Source: an uncultured Gemmatimonadaceae bacterium
GTDB taxonomy: Bacteria > Gemmatimonadota > Gemmatimonadetes > Gemmatimonadales > Gemmatimonadaceae
DNA: 64,000 bases
Assembly (NCBI GenBank): GCA_963843845.1
Contig: CAWJMB010000001.1
Span: 96,001 to 160,000 of the forward strand
Direction: 5' to 3'
Below are positions 1 through 10,900 of the stretch, piece by piece. The first letter of the stretch is position 1. Every line of letters begins with the position of its first letter. The notes beneath the pieces are model-generated. The model was not told the DNA's origin. It saw nothing but the letters and a program-made list of their open reading frames with translations, and did not search any database. The position numbers and the translations under genes were made by a program.

Positions 1-876
1 CGTCGGTGCGACGGGGCCGGTGCCGTCGGACGATGTGCTCCGTCCGGCCGCGGCTCGGGCCTGCGGCGTTCCCGATGGCGGCGACACGTCGGTCGGCGCC
101 CCCGACGCGCGCCCCGCGGATCTCCCGTGCGTCCACGACCAGGCTGGTGCCCCCGTCTGCTGCGCTGCCGAGACACCACGAGCGGCGATCTCACCCGACG
201 GCAGGGCCACACTCCCGACACCGCGTGCGACCGCCGTGAACGCGAACTGCACCGGTGCACCCGCCGTTTCGTTCGCGCGGAGCAGGCCCGCGCCGCTGAG
301 CCGACGCAATGCGATGCGAACCTGCTTCGGCGTATAGCCTGTGCGAGCTGCCAACTCACGGAGCGTCACCGGTGTCAACGCGTCCGGCGGCATGATCTGC
401 TCGGCGAGGGCGCGAACGACGAGAAGCGGGGCGGGCTCGCCGTTCAGCGGCTGAACGATGGCACTCCAATCGAGGTCCAGAGCCGCACGGTGCACGGTAA
501 AGGCAGACTCAGCGAACGTCAGCTGCGTGCCATCTTTCGATAGCGTCGCGATACTGGCGCGTTCGAGACACGCCATCGCGGCGGTCTGGCGTCGTCGGTC
601 GGGGTCGCCGCGCAACATCGGCAGCTCTGCGATCGGGAGCGGGACCGTCCACGGAGGGAGGGCGCCGATAATGCCGCGTGTGTGCAGCATGCCCTGACAC
701 GCGACCAGCCATGCGCGCGTCCAGCGCGTCAGCTCGGCGACCGTCATCACCGACGCGCCGAGTGGAACGGGGGCAGCGACCGCGGCGAGCTGCGGCAGCA
801 CGCCGAGATCGTCGACGAGAACCGGACGCTCGCGGACCGACCGCAGCGAGAGCGGGAACGGACGCTCGGCGTTCAC
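1..876 (-). CDS. winged helix-turn-helix DNA-binding protein, partial (runs off the window start)
   Basis: Manual translation gives a stop-free frame from GTG at 876 (GGAGG 9 nt upstream, in-frame TGA at 897-895) to position 1. It reads MNAERPFPLSLR...PVTLRELAARTGYTPKQVRIALRRLSGAGLLRANETAGAPVQFAF (HTH plus wing, about 370-240). It is absent from the ORF track because it has no stop in the window. Confidence 0.75.
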   Translation of the reverse strand, partial: MNAERPFPLSLRSVRERPVLVDDLGVLPQLAAVAAPVPLGASVMTVAELTRWTRAWLVACQGMLHTRGIIGALPPWTVPLPIAELPMLRGDPDRRRQTAAMACLERASIATLSKDGTQLTFAESAFTVHRAALDLDWSAIVQPLNGEPAPLLVVRALAEQIMPPDALTPVTLRELAARTGYTPKQVRIALRRLSGAGLLRANETAGAPVQFAFTAVARGVGSVALPSGEIAARGVSAAQQTGAPAWSWTHGRSAGRASGAPTDVSPPSGTPQARAAAGRSTSSDGTGPVAPT

Positions 877-1298
877 GACCGGGACCTCCAGCGTTCACGA
901 CGTGATCGCGCCGTGAGGCGAGCCTGCACACCCACTGAAGGACCTCCAGCGTTCACTGACAGAAGCTACCCCATCACGCCCAGACTGCAAGCACCGCACA
1001 CGTCGCGGCTCGTCGCATCGCCACAGAGCGACGGAGAGGGCGCGCGTCGATGGGTCCAAGTCCATGGGAATACAGCATTTCTGCGATTCGAGCGGTGCGC
1101 CGGGCGCCACCACCGGTGCGGGGAAGGGGTGCCGGGAGCCCATGACCCGAATGTGGGAACCCGTTCCCTCCATTGCCGGTCAGGGTGTGAACGTTGAAGG
1201 TCCTCGCACGAAGCATGAACGCTCCGGGAGCTTCGCATGATCCGCGGACGCCGGGTGACGTGAACGCGAGGACACGCGGCCGTGAACGTCGGGGCTCC
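860..1298. repeat. 17-bp iteron/operator-like repeats in two oppositely oriented clusters
   Basis: Plus strand: GGACGCTCGGCGTTCAC 860-876, GGACCTCCAGCGTTCAC 882-898 and an identical copy at 940-956. Inverted: GTGAACGTTGAAGGTCC 1187-1203 (2 mismatches), with weaker copies at 1215-1231, 1260-1276 and 1282-1298. Two pairs are 22 bp apart. Confidence 0.7.
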
Positions 1299-1551
1299 CT
1301 CGCGACATGCGATCATCCACGTAAGACATTGTCGATACACGACTTGTATCTCACCGCCCGGGCGTTCTCCACAGGCGTCTTGGAGGAGTGGAGGGTTGGG
1401 GTGTGGTATCGATACAACAACACTCTCCATCCCCCGTTGGTGCGCGCAGCGCGGCAGCTCCGGGCGATCGGGAAGTCGTCGGGATGCGGGGTTCCCATGC
1501 CGACGTCCGCCCGCTTGCCGGTGATATCGAGGCGGTCTACGTTCGCACTCC

Positions 1552-3369
1552 ATGATGTCTGTGCCGGCGGTCCCGATTCGCGCTGATTCGCGGCTGCTCC
1601 TCGCACACGCGGGCACGCCGTCGCTGCCGAGTCCGGTCGCGCTGCAGCTGCTGGACATTCCGTTCGTGTTGCCGCTGAAGCAGCTCCCCGAACGCGTCGG
1701 CGGACAGCTCCCTCGGAGCGCCTACGAGATCACGTACACCCTCCTCGGCGCGGACCGTACACGCTACGAGGTGCGGGTCACGGGCGACCCGGCGCTCGGG
1801 CTTCCCTACGGGCAGGACGCGGACGTGCTGCTGGCACTGTTCAAGATCCTCGAACAGGAGCCGGGACAGCACGACCTCGCGGCCGGCGTGTTTCGCAGCC
1901 CGAGTTATCAGATGATCTGCCGCGCACTCGGCAAGACGCCGACGGGGCGGCGCGTGCGAGAGATCCGCGACGCGCTGATGCGGCTGGCGGGTGTGCGGAT
2001 CTACAGTCGCGTCCTCGTCGACAAGCTCGTGCGCGCGGCGAAGGTGATCGCGGCCGACGGTACGACGCCCGAGGTCCCGACGGCGGGGACCATTCGCCGC
2101 GACGTCACGCACGAGATGCGCTGGCTGCTCGAGTATCGCGCCGAGGAGCGGTTCGAGCGCGCCGGGGAGCTGCGACTCGCCATCGACGGCCCCGGACTCG
2201 CCGATCGTGACGCCGACGAGAGCGTCTCGGGCCACGGGCAGATGTGGATTCGACATCTCGCGCTCAATCCGTTCTGGGTCGCGCAGGCGGTGAGCGGGTG
2301 GGCGGGGTGGATCGACGTCGAGCGCCATGCGCGGCTCAAGAGCCCGACCGCGCGGCGGCTGTATCAGATCTGCGCGGCGACGGCGGCGCGGCAGGTCGCG
2401 GCGCCGTGGGCGTTCCCGGAAGAGGCGCTGACGGCAGCGTGTCTGCTGACGACGAGCGCGACGAAGAAGCCGACGAAGGTGCGTCAGCAGCTCGAGAGCG
2501 CCGCCATCGAGCTGCGCGACGCGGGCGTGCTCGCGAACGCGGAGTGGATCGGCACCCGGCGCGGCCCGAAGACGTTCGCGGTGCAGCCGGCGCCGCTGCT
2601 GCAGTTCGCCGACCTGCTGCGCGGCATCGGTCTCACGGATCCCCCCGACTTCCGCGTGCAGTACGCGGTGCTGCGACATTTCGGCGTGACGCCGGCCAAG
2701 GCGCGGGCGCTGTTGAGCGAGCACCCCGGACAGGTCGGCGAAGTGCTGCTGCGCGCCTGTCATCTCGAGGCGACCGATCCGGCCGCGATCGAGAAGTCGT
2801 GGGCAGGATGGATCATTCACCACGTCCAGGCCGGGACGTCGTTCCGCGGCGAGGTGGAGTTCCAGCGCTGGCGGTCGACGGCGCTCGCCGCGATCGACGC
2901 GCCGGCGGCGATGTCGCGCACGACACCGAACGCGCTCCCGCACGGCTCCGGGCGTGTGCGGCCGGACGGCGGAGCGGGGGGCATCGGCTCCGGCGCACTT
3001 CCGTCGTTCGTCGACGCGCCGATGCCGCGCATCCCGGCGCCCTACGCGTCGCCCACGCCGAGCGGCGAGGCGCGCGCCTGGTGGGAGGCGGCGCTCGGGA
3101 CCGTCCTCCCGACGGTCGGGCCGCTCGATCGCTACGGGATCGAAGTCGCGGTGCCGGTCGCGTGGGAGCTCGCGAACGGCGAGGCGGGCGTGATGACGGT
3201 GTGGGTGCACCACGACGAGGTCGTCGCGGCCAACTCGCTGTCGCGCACGATCCCGCGGTTGGAGGCCGCGCTCGGCGCGCACGCGGGCGTGCCGGTACAG
3301 GTGCACGTCGAGCGGCACGTCCGCGACGCCGCGACGCCGCGACGCCGCGCTGACGACCGGGGCGACTGA
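1552..3369 (+). CDS. plasmid-type replication initiator protein (RPA/RepA-like), possible DnaA N-terminal-like domain at the C-terminus
   Basis: The motifs GLPYGQDADVLLAL, SYQMICRALGKTPTG...IRDALMRLAG and WIDVERHARLKSPTARRLYQI resemble the replication initiator protein A family. Repeats lie upstream. Confidence 0.7.
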   Translation: MMSVPAVPIRADSRLLLAHAGTPSLPSPVALQLLDIPFVLPLKQLPERVGGQLPRSAYEITYTLLGADRTRYEVRVTGDPALGLPYGQDADVLLALFKILEQEPGQHDLAAGVFRSPSYQMICRALGKTPTGRRVREIRDALMRLAGVRIYSRVLVDKLVRAAKVIAADGTTPEVPTAGTIRRDVTHEMRWLLEYRAEERFERAGELRLAIDGPGLADRDADESVSGHGQMWIRHLALNPFWVAQAVSGWAGWIDVERHARLKSPTARRLYQICAATAARQVAAPWAFPEEALTAACLLTTSATKKPTKVRQQLESAAIELRDAGVLANAEWIGTRRGPKTFAVQPAPLLQFADLLRGIGLTDPPDFRVQYAVLRHFGVTPAKARALLSEHPGQVGEVLLRACHLEATDPAAIEKSWAGWIIHHVQAGTSFRGEVEFQRWRSTALAAIDAPAAMSRTTPNALPHGSGRVRPDGGAGGIGSGALPSFVDAPMPRIPAPYASPTPSGEARAWWEAALGTVLPTVGPLDRYGIEVAVPVAWELANGEAGVMTVWVHHDEVVAANSLSRTIPRLEAALGAHAGVPVQVHVERHVRDAATPRRRADDRGD

Positions 3370-3460
3370 TGGTGCAGGCTCCTGACGAGTCAGGCGCTCC
3401 GTGTCGTCCGGGTCTGACTTCGCTCCGCTCTGGCGATCGGACCGCTCGCGCGACCGTGCG

Positions 3461-4378
3461 TCAGCGCCGCGGAAGCTCGACGCGCCCGCTGCGAGGGTCG
3501 AACGTGCTGCCGGCCGGGAGGAGGTGGAGTCGCACGCCGCTCGCCCCGAGGGTCGGCGCGGCGTCGGGGGTCGTGACGGCGGAGCGCGCGTCGTAGACGA
3601 GCGCGGCGCTCGCGCCCTCGACGGTCCACCGGCCGTCGGCGGTCACGACGATCGCGGTCCCTTCGTCGATGCCGACGCCGAGCATCGTCGGTCGCTCGAG
3701 GACGACGCTGAGCAGGCGGTTGCTGCGCTGGCGGCGGAGAAAGTGCTGGTCGACGATCGCGCCGCGCAGGAAGCCGAAGCCGGGGACGACCTCGATCGTG
3801 CGGCGCGCGACGCGCGGGTAGCCGGACCCGGTCGTGTCGCGCGACCCGTCGGCGGCGAGCTGGTTGCCGGTCAGCATCGAGTCGCTCATGACGGCGGCAC
3901 CCGCGGAGGTGCCACCGACCACGGCGCCGGCCGCCCAGCGCGCGCGGATCGCGCGGAGCGTCGCGGTGCCGGCGAGCGCGCGCGTGAGGCGCGACTGGTC
4001 GCCGCCGGGGAACCAGACCCCCGTCGCGCCGTCGAGCAGCCGCGCGACCGAGTCCGACTCGGCTTGCGCGTGCGTGACGTCGACGACGAACGCGTCGGCG
4101 CCGAACGTGCGCAGCTCGTCGGCTTTCGCGCGCCCCGCGGCGGCGGACTCGCCGCTCGCCATCGGCAGGATCGCGACGCGCGCCTTGCCGCGTCCGCCGG
4201 CGAGCGCGACGAAGTGCTCGACGAGCGCGCGCGGCTGCGTGCCGCCACCGACGATGACGAGCGGACCGGGCGGACGGGTCGCCTGCGCGGCGGCGGGTGT
4301 GGCGACTGCCGCGGCGGCGAGGAGGAGGAGCGCGGGGGCGTGCCTCAGACGGCACGGGCCGACGGTGAGCCGCCGCAC
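3461..4378 (-). CDS. cphB: secreted cyanophycinase-like peptidase (S51)
   Basis: C-terminal part of ORF 3461..5854: signal peptide (LLLLAAAAVATPAAA-Q), LVIVGGG, WFPGGDQSRL, GGTSAGAA nucleophile, IVDQHFLRRQRSNRL, GIDEGTA. The GTG start at 4378 is approximate. Confidence 0.85.
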   Translation of the reverse strand: MRRLTVGPCRLRHAPALLLLAAAAVATPAAAQATRPPGPLVIVGGGTQPRALVEHFVALAGGRGKARVAILPMASGESAAAGRAKADELRTFGADAFVVDVTHAQAESDSVARLLDGATGVWFPGGDQSRLTRALAGTATLRAIRARWAAGAVVGGTSAGAAVMSDSMLTGNQLAADGSRDTTGSGYPRVARRTIEVVPGFGFLRGAIVDQHFLRRQRSNRLLSVVLERPTMLGVGIDEGTAIVVTADGRWTVEGASAALVYDARSAVTTPDAAPTLGASGVRLHLLPAGSTFDPRSGRVELPRR

Positions 4379-4425
4379 GGCCAGTCGCCTGACGATTCCC
4401 GGCCGGATGTCCGCGCGGCGCGCGC

Positions 4426-5439
4426 TCACTGGTGCTCTCCGAAGATGCGAGCGACCGCTTTCGGGTCGCTCGTCTGCGTGAGCGCGAGCATGAGGAGCAC
4501 GCGGGCCTTGGCGACGTTCAGGTCGCCGGTGCCGATGCGGCCGGCGCCGCCGCCGACAGGAACGCCTCCCGAGCCCGTGCGGCTCCCCGCCACGACGACG
4601 ACGCCCTTCTCCCGGGCGCGACCGAGCGCCTGGGCCATGCCGCTCGTCGTGCCGCCGCGCCCGGCGCCCGCGACGACGATCCCCTTCGCGCCAGCTGCAA
4701 CGAGCGCGTCGATCGCCGCGCCGTCGGCGCCGACGTACGTGTAGACGATGTCGACGCGCGGCAACTGCGTGACGGCGGCGACGTCGAACGTCGGTGCGTG
4801 GCGCGGGTCGCGGTGAAAGACGATGCGCTCGGGGTCGGCGATGCCGACGTCGCCGCGGTACGGGGCGGCGAACGCGTTCGGACGCGTCGTGTTCATCTTC
4901 GTCGCGTCGCGCGCGGCCATGATCTCGTCGTTGAGCACGACCATCGTGCCGCGACCCCGCGCGGCGGCGTTCGCGGCGATGCGCACGGCGGCGAGCAGGT
5001 TCGCCGGCCCGTCGATGCCGACGCCGTCGGCCGGGCGCATCGCGCCGGTGACGACGACCGGGCGCGGGTCGGCGACGGTGAGGTCGAGGAAGTAGGCGGT
5101 CTCTTCGAGCGTGTCGGTGCCGTGCGTGACGACGACGCCGGCGAGGTCGGGGCGGGCGCGCAGCGTGTCGCGGATGGTGCGCGCGAGGTCGAGCCACATC
5201 GCCGGCGTGACGCCGGTCGACGCGACGTTCGCGAACTGCTGGCCGCTGACGCGCGCGACGGTGTCGATCGCCGGCACCGCCTTCAGCAGCGCCTCGACGC
5301 CGATCTTCGCCCCCTGGCCGACGTAATAGTTCGTCGACGCGATGGTGCCCCCGGTCGCGACCACGTGCACCTGCGGCAGTGGCGCCTGCGCGCTCAGCGA
5401 GGCGGCGCAGACGAGAGCGGCGAGCGGGATGAAGCGCAT
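4426..5439 (-). CDS. ansB: type II (exported) L-asparaginase/glutaminase
   Basis: Signal peptide MRFIPLAALVCAASLSA, ATGGTIA, VVTHGTDTLEETAYFL, TGAMRP, DGPANL. Confidence 0.9.
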   Translation of the reverse strand: MRFIPLAALVCAASLSAQAPLPQVHVVATGGTIASTNYYVGQGAKIGVEALLKAVPAIDTVARVSGQQFANVASTGVTPAMWLDLARTIRDTLRARPDLAGVVVTHGTDTLEETAYFLDLTVADPRPVVVTGAMRPADGVGIDGPANLLAAVRIAANAAARGRGTMVVLNDEIMAARDATKMNTTRPNAFAAPYRGDVGIADPERIVFHRDPRHAPTFDVAAVTQLPRVDIVYTYVGADGAAIDALVAAGAKGIVVAGAGRGGTTSGMAQALGRAREKGVVVVAGSRTGSGGVPVGGGAGRIGTGDLNVAKARVLLMLALTQTSDPKAVARIFGEHQ

Positions 5440-5554
5440 GGTGCTCGGTTCGTGAAGAGAGTGTGCCCGCTCCGCGTTCCAGCGCGAACGGAGGGCCGGT
5501 CGTACATAATTCCAGGTCGCCGCTCCCGCCACCATCTCCTTCGTTTTCCCCCTC

Positions 5555-7176
5555 ATGTCTCTCCGCACCGTTCGTCGGGCCCTCTGTCTCGCTGCGCTGC
5601 CCTGTGTCGCGGGCGCGCAGACGTGGCCGACCGACAATCCGACGCTGAAGCGCATCTACACCCTCGGCATGGACAGCTCGTGGACGCAGAAGTTCGCGCA
5701 CACGCTGCTCGACTCGATCGGCCCCCGGCTCACGGGCACCGCACTGCAGAAGGTCGCGAACGACTGGCTCGTGACGACCTACAAGTCGTGGGGCGTGTCG
5801 GCGCGCAACGAGCAGGTCGGGACGTGGCGCGGCTGGCGGCGCGGATGGTCGCACATCGACCTCGTGACGCCGCGCCAGCGCACGCTCGAAGGCACGATGC
5901 TCGGCTTCAGCCCCGGGACCGGCGGGAAGGCGATGACCGCGTCGACGATCGTGCTGCCGCGCTTCGCGGACAGCACCGAGTTCGTGCGCTGGCTGCCGCA
6001 GGCGAAGGGAAAGCTCGTCCTCGTCTCCGCGCCGATGCCGAGCTGCCGGCCGGTCGAGGACTGGGCGACGAACGCGACGCCGGCGTCGAAGGCGCGCTTC
6101 GACAGCACGCGCCGGGCGGTCGTGACGGAGTGGGGCGGGCAGAACGTGCGCGGCACCGGCTACGGGCTCGCGATCGGCACCGGCGCGTTGGGCAAGCGGC
6201 TCGACGAGGCGGGCGTCGGCGGCGTCGTCACGTCGCGGCCGAAGGACGCGTGGGGGACGATCGAGATCTTCGAGACGTACAACACGAAGGCGCCGGCGGT
6301 CACGCTGTCGTGCGAGGACTACGGGCTCGTGTTCCGCCTCACCGAGTCGGGAGCGAAACCGACGCTGCGTCTCGATCTCGACGCGGAGCTCCCGGCGAGC
6401 CGCCCGTGTTCAACACGATCGCCGAGATCAAGGGCATCGGAGAAGCCGAACGAGTACGTGATGCTCTCGGCGCACTTCGACTCGTGGGACGGGTCGTCAG
6501 GCGCGACGGACAACGGCACCGGCACGATCGCGATGCTCGAGGCGATGCGCATCCTGAAGACGGCCTATCCGAAGCCGAAGCGCACGATCCTCGTCGGCCA
6601 CTGGATCGGCGAGGAGCAGGGACTGAACGGCTCGACGCGCGTTCACGGAGGACCATCCCGAGGTCGTCGACGGGCTGCAGGCGCTGTTCAACCAGGACAA
6701 CGGCACGGGGCGCGTCGTGCGGATGGGCGGCGGCGGACTGCCGAACGGCGCGGAGCACCTGACGCAGTGGCTCGGGCAGATCCCGACGGAGCTGAAGGCG
6801 CAGATCAACTTCGGCGGCGTCGGGACCCCGTCGGGCGGGCGGCAGCGACGACGCCTCGTTCGCGTGCTACGGCGCGCCGGCGTTCGGGCTCGGCGCGCTG
6901 GGGTGGGACTACGGCAGCTACACCTGGCACACGAACCGCGACACCTACGACAAGATCGTGTTCGACGACCTCAAGTCGAACGCGACGCTGACGGCGATGC
7001 TCGCGTACCTCGCGAGCGAGGATCCGTCGACGGTGACTCGCGAGCGGGTCGACCTGAACGCGGCGCCGAACGGCGCGGCGGCCGGCGGGCGCGGCGGCGC
7101 GGGCGGCCCGCCCGGTCCGCGCGCGTGGCCGACCTGTCAGAAGGCGCCGCGGACGACGAATCCCCGGCTCCGCTGA
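5555..7176 (+). CDS. secreted M28 family metallopeptidase (carboxypeptidase Q-like), split by several frameshifts
   Basis: Signal peptide, DSIGPRLTG, LSAHFDSWD, GATDNGTG and GEEQGLNGS. It continues in other frames as NQDNGTG and YTWHTNRDTYDK to the stop at 7176. Confidence 0.85.
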
Positions 7177-7284
7177 GTCGGCGCCGCCCCTCGCATGCGT
7201 CGCGCTCACCTCGTGACAGAGTGCGGACCGGAGCGTAGATAGGGGCGGTCGGCCGCCCCCTCTCTCGCTCCTGCCGCTCCGCAC

Positions 7285-9220
7285 ATGCGTCGCACTCCGC
7301 GCACCGTCGCCGTCGTGGCGGTGCTGGTCGCACTCGCCCCGTCGTTCGCCGCCGCGCAGCCACCGCTCGCGTTCCCCGATCGGCAGTCGGCCACGCTCCC
7401 GCGCGTCCCCGCGACGTACGACGCGTTGCTCGCCGAGTCGAACCTCATGATCCCGATGCGCGACGGCGTGCGGCTGGCGACCGACATCTATCGGCCGGCG
7501 CGGAACGGCGTCGCGGTGACGGAGCGGCTGCCCGTGCTGCTCATCCGCACACCGTACGACAAGGTGCCGCAGCGAGTGCTCGCCGAGTATTTCGCGCAGC
7601 GCGGCTATGTCGTCGCGATGCAGGACATCCGCGGCCGCTACAAGTCGGAAGGGACGTTCGCGAAGGTGCAGCCCGCCGACGCCACCGACGGCTACGACGC
7701 GGTCGAGTGGCTCGCGCAGCAGCCGTACGCGAATGGCCGGGTCGGGCATGTGGGGAACGTCGTTCGCCGCGCACACGCAGGCCGGCGCCGCGCAGCGCCG
7801 TCCGCCGAGCCTCGGCGCGCTGCGTCATCAACATGGGCGGCATGTCGAACGCGTGGGACCACGGCGTGCGCTACCGCGGCACCTACGAGATGGGGCGGCA
7901 GCTCACGTGGGCGTGGGAGCAGCTGCGCGGCCGACGCGCCGAACGCCCGAGGGCCGCCGCTCGCTCGACGCCGGAGAAGGTGGAGGACTGGTACGACGTG
8001 CAGCCGATGCGGCGCGGGCTGAACCCGCTCGTCCGTGGCGCCCGAGTACGAGGGGTGGTACCTCGACTTCTTCGAGCACGCGGACTACGACGCGTTCTGG
8101 AAGGATCCCGATGATGAACTGGTCCGAGCACTACGCGCGAGACGTCGGACATCCCGATGCTCCACGTCGGCGGGTGGTACGACATCTTCCTCGCCGGCAC
8201 GTTCGAGAACTTCGTCGAGCTGCGGAAGCTCAAGAAGGCGCCGCAGCGCGCTGCTCGTCGGCCCGTGGACGCACCACGGCAACACGCGCCCGTATGCCGG
8301 CGACGTCTCGTTCGGCGACGCGGCGACGATCGCCGACTTCGACGGCGACTTGCACCTGCGCTGGTTCGACCACTTCCTGAAGGGGAAGGCGACCGGCGTC
8401 GAGACGCGAAGCGCCGGTGCGCCTGTTCGTCATGGGCACCGGCGACGGCCGCAAGGACGCCGACGGGCGGCTCGTTCCACGGCGGCTACTGGCGCGAACG
8501 CGACACGTGGCCGCTCGCCGGGACGCGGATGGTGCCGTACTACTTCCACGCCGACGGCTCGCTGTCGACCGCGAAGCCTCGCGAGCGGGCGTCGTCGCAC
8601 GACGTACACGTTCGACCCGCGGCATCCGGTGCCGACGATCGGCGGCGGCGTCGTCGGCGCGGCTCAAGGACGGCGCCTACGACCAGCGTGAGGACCCGCG
8701 CTTCCCGCCGTCGCGCGCCGCCGTACCTGCCGCTCAGCGCGCGGTCCGACGTCGTCGTGTTCCAGACCGAGCCGCTGGCGGAGGACGTGGAGGTCATCGG
8801 CCCGATCGAGGTCGACGCTGTACGCGTCGTCGATCGCGCACCGACACGGACTTCACCGCGAAGCTCATCGACGTCTATCCGCCGAGCGCGGACTGGCCGG
8901 CCGGGTTCGACCTGAACCTCACCGACGCGATCGTGCGCGGGCGCTACCGCGCGACGCGCGACCACGCGGTGATGCTGACGCCGGGCACGGTGTATCCGTT
9001 CACGATCGAGCCCTTTCCCACGGCGAACGTGTTCAAGAAGGGGCACCGCATCCGCGTCGACATCTCGAGCAGCAACTTTCCGCGCTTCGACGCCAACCCG
9101 AACACCGGCGAGCCACTCGGCAGGAACCGCCGCGTGGTGACCGCCGACAACACGATCCACCACAGCGCGGCGTACCCGTCGCACATCGTGCTGCCGCTGG
9201 CGCCCGCGCGTCGGCGCTGA
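7285..9220 (+). CDS. CocE/NonD family hydrolase (peptidase S15), frameshifted
   Basis: IPMRDGVRLATDIYRP, RTPY, QDIRGRYKSEG, GMWGTSF, GGWYDIF, GPWTH and GHRIRVDISSSNFPRFDANPNTG are distributed over successive frames. Confidence 0.9.
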
Positions 9221-9247
9221 GAGCTGACGCGTTCGCTCGCGTTCGCC

Positions 9248-10565
9248 ATGGTCATCGTCTTCATGACGCTGATCATGACGAAGCGGCTGTCGCCGATCAT
9301 CGCGCTCATCCTCGTTCCCATCGCGTTCGGCCTCGCTCGGCGGCTTCGCGACGAAGCTCGGCCCCATGATGCTGGACGGCATCCGGAACCTCGCGCCCAC
9401 GGGCGTGATGCTGATGTTCGCGATCCTGTACTTCGGCATCATGATCGACGCGGGGCTGTTCGAGCCGTTCGTGCGACGGATCGTGCGCGTCGTGCACGGC
9501 GACCCGGTGCAGATCGTCATCGGAACGGCGGTGCTGGCGCTGCTCGTGTCGCTCGACGGCGACGGATCGACGACCTACATGATCACCGTCGCGGCGATGC
9601 TGCCGCTGTACAGGCGGCTCGGCATCCGGCCGATCGATGCTCGCGTGCGTGACGATGCTCGCCGGCGGCGTGATGAACATCCTCCCGTGGGGCGGGCCGA
9701 CGGCGCGCGCGGCGAGCGCGCTCCAGATCGACAGCGGGCAGATCTTCGTGCCGATGATCCGGCCGATGATCGTCGGCGCGCATGTGGGTGCTGTTCGTCG
9801 CGCGCACGCTCGGGCTGCGCGAGCGGCGCGACCGGCTCGTCGGGTCCGGGCAGCCACGACCTGCCGGAGACGCGCTGAGATCGAGCCGGAGCCGCGAGTC
9901 GGACGCAGGACGCTCCGACGCATGCGCGGCCGAAGCTGCTGTGGGTGAATGCGGCTGCTGACGCGTCGCGCTGCTCGTCGCGCTCATCTCGGGCTGCTGC
10001 CGCTGCCGGTGCTGTTCATGATCGGCTTCGCCGTCGCGATGATGATCAACTACCCGTCGATCGCCGAGCAGAAGGCGCGCATCTCGGCGCATGCGCGGCA
10101 ACTGCCTGGCGGTGGTCGGCGCTGATCTTCGCCGCGGGCATTTTCACCGGCATACTGTCCGGCACGAAGATGGTGGATGCGATGGCGAACAGCGTGGTGC
10201 ATCTCGTGCCGCCGGCGCTGGGCCCCTATCTCGCGATCGTCACGGCGGTGCTCAGCGTGCCGTTCACGTTCTTCATCTCGAACGACGCGTTCTATTTCGG
10301 CGTGCTGCCGATTCTCGCGAAGGCCGGCGCGGCGTACGGCATCAGCGCGGCGGAGATGGGGCGCGCGTCGTGATGGGGCAGCCGGTGCACCTGCTCAGTC
10401 CCACTGGTGCCGTCGACGTATCTGCTCGTGGGACTGGTCGGCGTCGAGTTCGACGAGCACCAGCGGTTCACGCTGAAGTGGATGCTGCTGACGACACTCG
10501 TGCTGCTCGCGGCGGGCGTCGTCGCCGGCGTGATCCCGTTCAGCGGTTACACGTCCCCGCCATGA
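9248..10565 (+). CDS. CitMHS family citrate-metal:H+ symporter, frameshifted
   Basis: LIMTKRLSP, FAILYFGIMIDAGLF, LDGDGSTTYMI, MNILPWGGPTAR, SNDAFYFGVLP. The true start may be about 9220. Confidence 0.88.
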
Positions 10566-10900
10566 ACACGCGCAGCCCGGGCAGCGGCGTGGGCGCGGTC
10601 ACGGATCGGGCGAGAGCGTGATCGGGAGCGCGACGACGCGCGGCGGGGCCAGCGACGACGTGGCCGCGCCGCGCTCGCGTCCCCGCTCAGCGACCGCGCG
10701 GTACTGCTCGACGAGCCGCGTGCAGTGAACGAACGCGCCGCCGTCGCCGAGCGCGCCGTCGTAGACCGAGCGGAACACCGTCGCCGGGCCCGAGGGCGGG
10801 GAGGCGGCGCGCGTCCACGGGCGCTGCGGGTCGGCCGAGCGCCGGAAGATCGCGACGCGCGCCGAACGCAGACTCGCCGCCCTGTCTCGTCGCCGCGCGT

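Noticed and set aside
860..1298. Repeats as a CRISPR array
   Set aside because: Too short, irregularly spaced, in both orientations, and no cas genes.
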